NCBI GenBank assembly: GCA_016213135.1
Contig: JACRBQ010000079.1
Coordinates: forward strand, 139 to 64,138
Origin: Chloroflexota bacterium
Lineage (GTDB): Bacteria; Chloroflexota; Anaerolineae; Anaerolineales; VGOW01
Direction of reading: 5' to 3'
DNA: 64,000 bases
The notes beneath the pieces were generated by a model. It saw only the letters and a program-made list of their open reading frames with translations. It did no database searches and had not been told where the DNA came from. The position numbers and the translations under genes are program-made. Shown here piece by piece: positions 10,485 to 18,887 of the stretch (position 1 is its first letter; each line of letters begins with the position of its first letter).

Positions 10485-11300
10485 GTGCCCAGTCCTTTTC
10501 CCGGAATGGATCCCTACCTGGAAGACCCGGTGCGTTGGCCGGATGTGCATCAGAGTCTGATCACTTACGTCCGGAATGCGCTCCAGCCACAGTTAGGGCC
10601 GCGGTATTATGCGCGGATGGGCGAGCGCGTGTATGTCGTGACGCCGCCGCACTCCATGTACCCCGATGTGGTATTGGTGGAGCGCCGCCTCAGAGAGTCT
10701 GCGCCTTCTCCAGCCGGAACAGCCCCCTCCACGGAAGCCTCCGCCGAAGAAGCCGCGCCCGACTGGCCCATTGTCATCACTCTGCCCCCGGTCGAGCATC
10801 GCGAGCCTTTCGTCGAAATCGTCCACGCTGCCGGCGACGAAGTCGTGACGATCATCGAAGTACTCAGCCCGGCCAACAAGACTCCCGGTGAGGGACTGCG
10901 GCAATACCGACAGAAGCAACAGCAAATCCTGAACAGTCAGGCGCATCTGGTTGAAATTGATCTGTTGGCTGGCGGCGAGCCGACCATCGCCGTCCCCGAA
11001 GAGAGTCTCGCGTCCCTGACGCAGCACCGCTACTGCGTGAGTGTGCGGCGGGGGCCGGAGCGGCACCATTTTGAAGTTTACCCCATCCGCCTGATCCACA
11101 CCCTGCCGCGCGTGCATGTGCCTCTGCGCGCGCCCGATCCTGACGTCGATCTGAACCTGCCAGCAGTTTTTACGCAGTGTTACAACGACGGGCGGTATGC
11201 CGGGCTGGCAGACTACCGTCATCCCCCGCGCGCTCCGCTTTCAGCCGAAGAGGCGGCCTGGGTGGATGGGCTGTTGAAGGGCAAGGGATTGCGCCCCTGA
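10485..11300 (+). CDS. DUF4058 family PD-(D/E)xK-like protein
   Basis: MPSPFPGMDPYLE start, YPDV, IEVLSPANK, HLVEIDLL; own TATAAT and GGAGG upstream. Confidence 0.85.
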   Translation: MPSPFPGMDPYLEDPVRWPDVHQSLITYVRNALQPQLGPRYYARMGERVYVVTPPHSMYPDVVLVERRLRESAPSPAGTAPSTEASAEEAAPDWPIVITLPPVEHREPFVEIVHAAGDEVVTIIEVLSPANKTPGEGLRQYRQKQQQILNSQAHLVEIDLLAGGEPTIAVPEESLASLTQHRYCVSVRRGPERHHFEVYPIRLIHTLPRVHVPLRAPDPDVDLNLPAVFTQCYNDGRYAGLADYRHPPRAPLSAEEAAWVDGLLKGKGLRP

Positions 11301-12949
11301 TGCCCCCCGAACCCGCCTTCGACTCCTACCGTTCCCCCGTCCTCGCCACGCGCGGCATGGTCGCCTCCAGCCAGCCGCTCGCCTCGCAAGCCGGCCTCTC
11401 CATCCTCATGCGGGGCGGCAACGCCGCCGACGCCGCCGTGGCCACCGCCGCCGCGCTCAACGTCACCGAACCGACCTCCACCGGAATCGGCGGCGACTGC
11501 TTTGCCCTCTTTTACGACGCCCGCGCCCAAACCGTCAGCGCCCTCAACGGATCGGGCCGCGCCCCCGCCGCCCTCACCATCGAACTCATTCGCCGGCAGG
11601 GCCTGGCCAACGGCGACGAAATTGCCGATCCCTTTCACCCGCACTGCGTCACCGTCCCCGGCGCGTGCGCCGGTTGGGCCGACCTCGTCGAGCGGCACGG
11701 CACCATGCCCTTCAGCATCGTGCTGGCTCCGGCCATTCGCCTGGCCGAAGAAGGATTTCCCGTGGCCCCGCTCACCTCTCATTTTTGGGAACGCGGCGCG
11801 GCGCGACAACTTGCCGCGCGCGGCCGCGAGTTGACTCTGGAAGGGCGCGGGCCGGCTGCCGGGGAACGTTTTCGCAACCCGGGCCTGGCTCGCACCTTTC
11901 GCGCGGTGGCGCAGGGCGGCAAGGATGCATTTTATCGCGGGGACATTGCCGCCAAAATCGTGGCGACCCTTGAGCAATACGGCGGCGTGATGACCCCCGG
12001 CGACCTCGCCGCCCACACCTCCACGTGGGACGCGCCCATCAGCACGGTGTACCGGGGCCTGCGCGTGTGGGAATGCCCCCCCAACGGGCAGGGCCTCACC
12101 GCGCTCATCGCCCTCAACATCCTCGAAGGCTTCGACCTCGCCTCCCTCGATCCGCTCGGCCCCGAACGGCTGCATCTGATCATCGAGGGCCTGCGCGCCG
12201 CCTTCGCCGACGCGCGCTGGCACGTGGCCGACCCGGCCTTCAACCCCGCCCCGCTCGAAGGCCTGCTCTCCAAAAGCTACGCCGCGCAGCGCCGCGCCCT
12301 CATCAACCGCGCCCGCGCCACGCTCGACACGCGGCGCGGCTCGCCCGTGGCCGGAAGCGACACGGTGTACTTTTGCGTGGTGGACGGGCAGGGCAATGCC
12401 TGCTCATTTATCAACAGCAATTACATGGGATTTGGCACGGGCATCGTGCCGCCGGGCACGGGCTTCAGCTTGCAGAATCGCGGTCACAACTTCAGCCTCG
12501 ACCCGGCGCACCCCAACGCCCTCGCCCCGGGCAAGCGGCCCTATCACACCATCATCCCCGGCATGCTCACCCGCGACGCCGGGTCGATTGGTCAATCGCC
12601 CCACCATGAATTGATCGGCCCGTTTGGCGTGATGGGCGGCTTCATGCAGCCACAGGGCCACGCGCAAGTGGTGGTGGATCTCGTTGACGACGGCCTCGAT
12701 CCGCAGGCCGCGCTCAACCGCTTGCGCCTGTGCCTCGAACCCGGCCGGCCCGAGGGCCGCGTGGCTCTCGAAGACGGACTCTCCCTCGACACCGCCTCGC
12801 GCCTCGCGGCCATGGGGCACGACGTGTTCACCCTCAGCGGTTACGAACGCGCAGCCTTTGGCCGGGGGCAGATCATCCGCCGCGAACCCGACGGCGTGTT
12901 GTGGGGCGGCAGCGACCCGAGGGCAGACGGGTGCGCGGTGGGATTCTAG
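11300..12949 (+). CDS. ggt: Gamma-glutamyltransferase
   Basis: GGNAADAAVA, GIGGD, Thr nucleophile (SDTVYF), KRPYHTIIP, GGFMQPQGH, DPRADG. Confidence 0.93.
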   Translation: MPPEPAFDSYRSPVLATRGMVASSQPLASQAGLSILMRGGNAADAAVATAAALNVTEPTSTGIGGDCFALFYDARAQTVSALNGSGRAPAALTIELIRRQGLANGDEIADPFHPHCVTVPGACAGWADLVERHGTMPFSIVLAPAIRLAEEGFPVAPLTSHFWERGAARQLAARGRELTLEGRGPAAGERFRNPGLARTFRAVAQGGKDAFYRGDIAAKIVATLEQYGGVMTPGDLAAHTSTWDAPISTVYRGLRVWECPPNGQGLTALIALNILEGFDLASLDPLGPERLHLIIEGLRAAFADARWHVADPAFNPAPLEGLLSKSYAAQRRALINRARATLDTRRGSPVAGSDTVYFCVVDGQGNACSFINSNYMGFGTGIVPPGTGFSLQNRGHNFSLDPAHPNALAPGKRPYHTIIPGMLTRDAGSIGQSPHHELIGPFGVMGGFMQPQGHAQVVVDLVDDGLDPQAALNRLRLCLEPGRPEGRVALEDGLSLDTASRLAAMGHDVFTLSGYERAAFGRGQIIRREPDGVLWGGSDPRADGCAVGF

Positions 12950-12952
12950 AGT

Positions 12953-13020
12953 TCAGGAGTCAGAAGCCAGGAGTCGGCCCGACGTGCCACATTCTGACTC
13001 CTGTATCCTGTCTTCTGTCT
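12953..13020. repeat. Inverted heptamer arrays (CAGGAGT-type / ACTCCTG-type) between convergent genes
   Basis: caggagtcagaagccaggagtc ... ctgactcctgtatcctgtcttctg. Confidence 0.75.
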
Positions 13021-13408
13021 ACTGAGCGACCGCCACACATTCAATCTCCACCTGCGCCGCTTGGGGCAGGGCGGCCACTTGCACGGTGGAGCGTGCAGGC
13101 GGGTTCGCCGGGAAGTATTCGCCGTATACGGCGTTCATGCGCGCGAAGTCGCCGAGGTTGGTCATGAACACGGTGGTCTTCACCACTTTGTCCAGCCCGC
13201 TGCCCGCCGCCTCCAGCACCACTTTGATATTGAGCAGTACGCGGCGCGTTTGCGTTTCGATGTCGCCTTCCACGAGGTTGCCGGTAGCCGGATCAATGGG
13301 CGTTTGCCCGGCGGCAAAAACAAGGTCGCCCACGCGAATGGCTTGCGAGTAGGGGCCAATGGCCTTGGGTGCGGAATCGGAATGGATGACGGTGCGATTG
13401 AGGGGCAT
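13019..13408 (-). CDS. ridA: RidA/YjgF family reactive intermediate deaminase
   Basis: APKAIGPYSQA, KTTVF, PARSTVQVAALP, VEIE. Confidence 0.92.
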   Translation of the reverse strand: MPLNRTVIHSDSAPKAIGPYSQAIRVGDLVFAAGQTPIDPATGNLVEGDIETQTRRVLLNIKVVLEAAGSGLDKVVKTTVFMTNLGDFARMNAVYGEYFPANPPARSTVQVAALPQAAQVEIECVAVAQ

Positions 13409-13426
13409 GGCGGTTTCCTTTTTCGA

Positions 13427-14365
13427 TTATCGGTCAGACGTTGCAAATTGTACCAGCGTCCGGTGGCGTTGAACCATCTCCGGCAGGGCAGCGGGGTCGA
13501 ACCATTGCAGGTCGAGCGTTTCGGTGGCGTCGGGCCGCAGGCTGCCGGAAACGATGTCGGCGCGGAAGAGGGCCGAGGCGATTTGCACCCGGTTGCCATC
13601 GGGGTAAGTGTGAAACGTCTCCGGCCCGGTGAATACGCCGAGCAGTTCGCGCGGGGCCACTTCTACATTCATTTCCTCCCGCGCCTCGCGCACCAGCGTC
13701 CCGGCAATGGATTCGCCCAACTCCATCAGCCCGGCGGGAATGCCCCACAGCCTTTCGCGGCGCAGAGTGAGCAGCACCCGCCCCGCCCCGTCGCGGATGA
13801 TGGCCCCGGCCCCGGCCACGATGATGCGCTCCGGCCCGATGAGCGGGCGCAGCGCCCGCCAGCCATCCACGGTAATCGGTTGGCGGGTGTGCGGCGGGTC
13901 GAAACGCGGCGGCCCTCCGGCAAAACAGTCGTCGGCCATGTCGGCATACCAGCGCGGCACGGCCAGCGCGGGCAAGTCGCTTGCCGACACAAAACGGTTG
14001 GCGGTAGTTTCGGCTCCATCGGGCCGTGAGGCGCCCCCCGTGAGGCGGCACTCCAGCGCCACGGTGAATTGTTGCACTTCGTCGCCATTGGGATAGCGCA
14101 CGTCGTAATCGGGCGAAGTGTACACGCCCACCAGCCGCCCCGGTTGCACCCGCCATCCCGTTTCTTCCGCCGCCTCGCGTTGGGCGCACTCGGCAAAGCT
14201 CTCGCCCACTTCCAGCGCGCCGCCGGGCAAGCCCCACCAATCGAAATCGGATCGGCGCTGGAAGAGCAGCCGCCCGCGCTCGTCGCGGATGAGGGCGGTG
14301 GCGTAAGCGAGGATCACTTTGCGCGATCCGATTTTTGAACGCAGCCACTGGATGTAATCGGCCAT
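13427..14365 (-). CDS. Tandem-domain NUDIX hydrolase
   Basis: Two Nudix boxes (GGALEVGES...REAAEETG; AGLMELGES...REAREEMN). Confidence 0.9.
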   Translation of the reverse strand: MADYIQWLRSKIGSRKVILAYATALIRDERGRLLFQRRSDFDWWGLPGGALEVGESFAECAQREAAEETGWRVQPGRLVGVYTSPDYDVRYPNGDEVQQFTVALECRLTGGASRPDGAETTANRFVSASDLPALAVPRWYADMADDCFAGGPPRFDPPHTRQPITVDGWRALRPLIGPERIIVAGAGAIIRDGAGRVLLTLRRERLWGIPAGLMELGESIAGTLVREAREEMNVEVAPRELLGVFTGPETFHTYPDGNRVQIASALFRADIVSGSLRPDATETLDLQWFDPAALPEMVQRHRTLVQFATSDR

Positions 14366-14401
14366 GAGGCAATATGCGAGACGTGGAGATATTACATGCG
14401 C

Positions 14402-14425
14402 GTAGAGACGTTGCATGCAACGTCT
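14402..14425. repeat. GTAG-type REP-like palindrome
   Basis: GTAG followed by perfect 20-bp palindrome AGACGTTGCATGCAACGTCT (14406-14425). Confidence 0.7.
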
Positions 14426-14464
14426 TTTGATCTTTTTGATAGATAGGGGTACTATAACTCAACC

Positions 14465-15277
14465 ATGAGCCGCGATGAAAAACTGATTCTACTGACGAAC
14501 GACGACGGCATCCTCTCTCCCGGTTTGCGCGCCGCCGCCGAGGCGCTGGCGCAGGTGGCGTGGGTGACGGTGGTGGCCCCGCGCGAACAGTGGTCGGGCG
14601 CGGGCCGCAGCTTGCCGCCGATGACGGGCGGGCGCATTCACATCCAACGGCAAGAGATCGGCGGCGATCATTGGGAGGTGTATGCCGTGGACGGCACGCC
14701 GGCCCAGGCGGTGCAGCACGGCGTGTTGGAGATTGTGCCGCGCCCGCCCGATCTGGTGGTGTCGGGCATCAACTACGGCGAAAACGTGGGCAGCGGCATC
14801 ACTATTTCCGGCACGGTGGGGGCCGCGCTCGAAGCGGCCTCGCTGGGTTTCCCGGCGTTGGCCGTGTCGCTGGAAACGCCCAAAGAGTATCACCATTCGT
14901 ATTCCGAGCAAATTGATTTCGGCGCGGCGGCGCACTTCGCGCTTCACTTTGCGACGTTGCTGCTCGCCACGCCGCTGCCCGCCGACGTGCACGTGCTCAA
15001 AGTGGACGTGCCCGCGCTGGCTACTCCGGCCACCGGTTGGCGGATCACGCGCATGTCGCTCCAGGCCTACTATTTGCCGGTGAAGCCGGAGCGCGATAAT
15101 TTAGACGGGCACGTTCGCGTGGGTTACGACCGCGCCATCACCGAGGGGCTGGAGCCGGACTCGGATATTGCGGTGCTGATCCATGATAAACTTGTGTCGG
15201 TCACGCCGCTGTCACTGGACTTGACCTCGCGCATTGATCTCGAAGCGTGGGAGCGCGAATTGCTTTCGAGAATGTGA
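14465..15277 (+). CDS. surE: 5'/3'-nucleotidase SurE
   Basis: LLTNDDG, DGTPA, SGINYGEN, SGTVGAALEA. Confidence 0.95.
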   Translation: MSRDEKLILLTNDDGILSPGLRAAAEALAQVAWVTVVAPREQWSGAGRSLPPMTGGRIHIQRQEIGGDHWEVYAVDGTPAQAVQHGVLEIVPRPPDLVVSGINYGENVGSGITISGTVGAALEAASLGFPALAVSLETPKEYHHSYSEQIDFGAAAHFALHFATLLLATPLPADVHVLKVDVPALATPATGWRITRMSLQAYYLPVKPERDNLDGHVRVGYDRAITEGLEPDSDIAVLIHDKLVSVTPLSLDLTSRIDLEAWERELLSRM

Positions 15278-15302
15278 ATGTGTGAGTATGGGGGTGCCCA
15301 TC

Positions 15303-16001
15303 ATGCCAATCCAAGATCGAATCGTTCTGATCGCCGGGGCCGCGGGCGGGCTAGGCCCCACCGTGTGCCGCGCCTTCGCCGGAGCGGGCGCATCGTTGGC
15401 GCTGGTCGGGTCGCGTCCCGAGCCGTTGCAAGCGCTGGCCGCCGAGTTGAGCTTGCCTGCAGAACGCGTGCTGACTCACGCCGCCAACCTCACCGACCCC
15501 GCCGCCGTGGCCGGGCTGGCCGGGGCTGTGCAAGCCAAATTTGGCAAAGCGGAGATCGTGATTCACCTCGTGGGCGGCTACAAAGGCGGCACGCCGCTGG
15601 CTGATTTGGATCTGGCCGAAGTGGAGGCCATGTTGGATCAGCACCTGTGGACGACGTTTCATATGGTGCGCGCTTTCCTGCCGCTCACATTGGCCGCCAA
15701 GTGGGGGCGCTTTGTAGTCGTTTCCACGCCGATGGCGCAAAATCCCGCCGCCAAACAGGGCGCGTATGCCGTCGGCAAAGCCGCGCAGGACGTGCTGATG
15801 ATGACCCTGGCGCAGGAACTCAAAGGCACGGGCGTCACCGCCAACTGCCTGCAAGTGAAGAGCATCGAATCCGCGCCGCCCGACCCGGCCAAGCCGCGCA
15901 CCGGCACCGCCCCGGCCGAGATTGCCGCCGCCCTGCTGTGGCTGTGCAGCGACGAGGCCGGGGCGACCAACGGGGCGCGTTTGCCGCTGTTTGGCCGTTA
16001 G
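15303..16001 (+). CDS. Short-chain dehydrogenase/reductase
   Basis: GAAGGLG Rossmann motif; YAVGK (YxxxK). Confidence 0.9.
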   Translation: MPIQDRIVLIAGAAGGLGPTVCRAFAGAGASLALVGSRPEPLQALAAELSLPAERVLTHAANLTDPAAVAGLAGAVQAKFGKAEIVIHLVGGYKGGTPLADLDLAEVEAMLDQHLWTTFHMVRAFLPLTLAAKWGRFVVVSTPMAQNPAAKQGAYAVGKAAQDVLMMTLAQELKGTGVTANCLQVKSIESAPPDPAKPRTGTAPAEIAAALLWLCSDEAGATNGARLPLFGR

Positions 16002-16068
16002 GTGACTGTCACTGGGCAAACGAACGCTCTTCACCATTAAGGCTTCGAACGCCCAGTGACAGTCACCT
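16000..16068. mobile_element. 69-bp MITE/REPIN-like element with perfect 18-bp terminal inverted repeats
   Basis: AGGTGACTGTCACTGGGC (16000-16017) ... GCCCAGTGACAGTCACCT (16051-16068). Confidence 0.6.
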
Positions 16069-16112
16069 GCGAGGTATAATCCAACCATTATCGCCACCAA
16101 GGAGAACTCGAA

Positions 16113-17057
16113 ATGCCAACACCCAACTATGCGTTCTTTCGCGGGCGCGTCGTGCCCTACAGCGAAGCCAAAGTGGGCGTGATGACCCATGCCCTCAACT
16201 ACGGCACGGCCGTGTTTGGCGGCCTGCGCGGCTACTGGAATAGCGATGAGCAGCAGTTGTTTGTGTTTCGCCCGCTGGATCATTTCCGGCGCTTCCTCCA
16301 GTCGGCGCAGCTGCTGCTGATGGAGTTTCCCTATACTGCGGAGCAGCTTGCGGACGCCACCATGGAACTACTCCGCACCGAGGATTACCACACCGATTGT
16401 TACGTGCGGCCGCTGGGATTTTACGGCGACGAGCTGATCGGCGTGCGGCTGCACAATTTGCACCCGGAGCTTTCCATTGTGTCCGTGCCCTTTGGCCGCT
16501 ACGTCAGCAACGAGGAAGGGGCGCATGTCACCATCTCGTCGTGGCGGCGGGTGGACGACAACAGCATCCCCGCCCGCGGCAAGCTTGCCGGCTCCTACGT
16601 CAACTCGGCCTTTGCCAAGTCCGACGCCGAGCGCGCCGGGTTTGACGAGGCGCTGGTACTCAATCAGGACGGGCACATTTCCGAAGGCTCCGCCGAAAAC
16701 TTCTTTATGATTCGCAACGGCGTGGTGCACACCCCGCCCGTCACCGACAACATCCTCGAAGGCATCACCCGCCGCACCGTGATTTCGCTGTTGCGCGAAG
16801 AACTGGGGCTGGAAGTGGTGGAGCGCTCCATAGACCGCACCGAAGTCTATCTGGCCGACGAGGCCTTCTTCAGCGGCACGGGCGTGCAAATCGCCGCCAT
16901 CATCAAAGTGGATCACCGCCCGGTGGGCAGCGGGAAAATGGGGCCGGTGGTGTCGGAACTGCGCGATTTGTATTTCAACGTAGTGCGCGGCAAAGTGCAA
17001 AAATACCGCCACTGGTGCGCGCCTGTGTACGAAGCCGAACGCGAACCGGCGCGATAG
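16113..17057 (+). CDS. ilvE: Branched-chain amino acid aminotransferase
   Basis: HALNYGTAVFGGLRG, PLP Lys (RGKLAGSY), EGSAEN, ILEGITR; TATAAT and AAGGAG upstream. Confidence 0.93.
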   Translation: MPTPNYAFFRGRVVPYSEAKVGVMTHALNYGTAVFGGLRGYWNSDEQQLFVFRPLDHFRRFLQSAQLLLMEFPYTAEQLADATMELLRTEDYHTDCYVRPLGFYGDELIGVRLHNLHPELSIVSVPFGRYVSNEEGAHVTISSWRRVDDNSIPARGKLAGSYVNSAFAKSDAERAGFDEALVLNQDGHISEGSAENFFMIRNGVVHTPPVTDNILEGITRRTVISLLREELGLEVVERSIDRTEVYLADEAFFSGTGVQIAAIIKVDHRPVGSGKMGPVVSELRDLYFNVVRGKVQKYRHWCAPVYEAEREPAR

Positions 17058-17061
17058 TGAT

Positions 17062-17121
17062 AACGATGAAGGATGAAGGATGAACGATGAATGGGCTATT
17101 CATCATTCATCCTTCATCGTT
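17062..17121. repeat. Inverted heptamer arrays (GATGAAG)n / (TTCATCN)n
   Basis: aacgatgaaggatgaaggatgaacgatgaa ... ttcatcattcatccttcatcgtt. Confidence 0.85.
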
Positions 17122-17131
17122 CCGCCTTCTC

Positions 17132-18025
17132 ATGTCTTCCCCTCCGCGCACACTGGGACTCGCCGTCGGCCTGAACGCCATGATGGTGCTGGCCGCCGCC
17201 GACGCGCTGTTTGTCTTCATCCTGGCGCGCTCCCCCGTCAACCTGCTCACGCCGCTGTGGATCATCCTGCTGGCCTTCAGCCTGCCGGTGCTGGCGTTTG
17301 TGGCCTACCGCACGGTGGCCCTGCTCAACGCCCAATACCTCTTCACCCAGAATGCGCTGGTGATTGTGTGGGGGCCGGTGCGCGAGATTATCCCCATGGC
17401 CGACATTACCGGGCTGGTGATGGGCGGCGACCTGCCCGCCGACCTGGCCCCGCGCGGCCTGTGGTGGCCCGGGTGCCTGGTGGGGCGCGGCCACACTAAG
17501 GCGGTGGGCGACCTGACTTATTACGCCACGGCTTCCCAGCAGGGGCAGATCATCGTGGCCACCACCCAGGGCGGCTACGTCATTTCTCCGTTGGACATTG
17601 ACGGTTTTGTGCGCGCCTTTGAAGAGGAAGGGCGCAAGGGCATCACCGAACCCATTGCCCACGAAATGCACCGCCCCCCAGCCTACGACTGGCTGGTGTG
17701 GCGTGACCGCTGGGCGCAGGCGCTGGTGATGGGCGGGCTGGCTCTGCCGTTCCTGCTGCTGGTCGCCATCGCCTTCCGCTATCCCGGGCTGCCGGCCACC
17801 GTGCCGCTGCACTTCGACACCGCCGGCAACGCCGACCGCATGGGGTCGCCCGGCGGGTTGTTCATTCTGCCGATCATCGGCGGGCTGGTGTGGCTGGTCA
17901 ATTCGCTGGCGGGCGGGCTGCTGCACGTGCGCAGCGGCCAGCGACCCGCGGCCTATTTGCTGTGGGCCGGGTCGGCGCTGGTGCAGTTGTTTCTGTGGGT
18001 GGCGGCCGTCGGGCTGCTGGCATAA
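17132..18025 (+). CDS. Membrane protein, bacterial PH domain plus DUF1648-like C-terminus
   Basis: TM segments; LPATVPLHFDTAGNADRMG motif. Confidence 0.75.
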   Translation: MSSPPRTLGLAVGLNAMMVLAAADALFVFILARSPVNLLTPLWIILLAFSLPVLAFVAYRTVALLNAQYLFTQNALVIVWGPVREIIPMADITGLVMGGDLPADLAPRGLWWPGCLVGRGHTKAVGDLTYYATASQQGQIIVATTQGGYVISPLDIDGFVRAFEEEGRKGITEPIAHEMHRPPAYDWLVWRDRWAQALVMGGLALPFLLLVAIAFRYPGLPATVPLHFDTAGNADRMGSPGGLFILPIIGGLVWLVNSLAGGLLHVRSGQRPAAYLLWAGSALVQLFLWVAAVGLLA

Positions 18026-18049
18026 AACCTCTCTGCGTTTAGCCCTTCC

Positions 18050-18874
18050 GTGTCGATTTTCCAGGTGCCAATCGGCTTCGCCCTTGCCGCCCTCATCGGC
18101 GTGCTGGGCTATCGCCGCCGCGCCCTCAGCCGCAGCGGCGTGGCCGGGGCCATCGTCACCGGCGGCCTCATCTTCGGCTTCGCCGGCCTCTCCGGCGCGG
18201 CGCTGCTGCTCACGTTCTTCCTCTCCTCCAGCGCCCTCTCGCGATTCAAAGAAAGCCAAAAGGAATCCCTCGCCGAAAAATTCTCAAAGGGTTCGCAACG
18301 CGATCTGGCGCAGGCGCTTGCCAACGGCGGCGCAGCGGCGCTGTGCGCCGTGGGGTGGGGACTCACGCACGGGCCGCTGTGGTGGGTGGGGCTGTGCGCC
18401 GCACTGGCCGCCGCCAACGCCGACACGTGGGCCACCGAGTTGGGAGTGCTCAGCCCCCACGCCCCCCGACTGGTGTCCAATGGGAAAACGGTGGAGGTGG
18501 GGACCTCGGGCGGGATCAGCCTGTGGGGAACTGCCGCCGCGTTGGCCGGATCGCTTCTCATCGCCTTCACTGCCTTCATTGCCACTCTCCTCGATCCCAC
18601 CCTCTCTTCCATACTCCCATACACCTACACCCCCATACTCATCACCTTCGCCGGGCTGGCCGCCTCGCTGTTCGACAGTTTGCTCGGCGCGACCGTGCAA
18701 GCCATTTACTATTGCGACGTGTGCCGGAAGGAAACCGAACGGCACCCGCTGCACCGTTGCGGCGCGCCCACCCGCCCGCTGCGCGGCTGGAGGTGGCTCG
18801 ATAACGATTGGGTGAATTTCGCCGCCACCGTGGCCGGGGCCGCGTGCGCCGTCGCGCTGTGGGCACTGCTATAA
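18050..18874 (+). CDS. DUF92 (TMEM19-like) membrane protein
   Basis: RDLAQALANGG, ADTWATELG, GTSGGIS, DSLLGATVQA, NDWVNF. Confidence 0.9.
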   Translation: MSIFQVPIGFALAALIGVLGYRRRALSRSGVAGAIVTGGLIFGFAGLSGAALLLTFFLSSSALSRFKESQKESLAEKFSKGSQRDLAQALANGGAAALCAVGWGLTHGPLWWVGLCAALAAANADTWATELGVLSPHAPRLVSNGKTVEVGTSGGISLWGTAAALAGSLLIAFTAFIATLLDPTLSSILPYTYTPILITFAGLAASLFDSLLGATVQAIYYCDVCRKETERHPLHRCGAPTRPLRGWRWLDNDWVNFAATVAGAACAVALWALL

Positions 18875-18887
18875 CCTCTCCCGCCGA

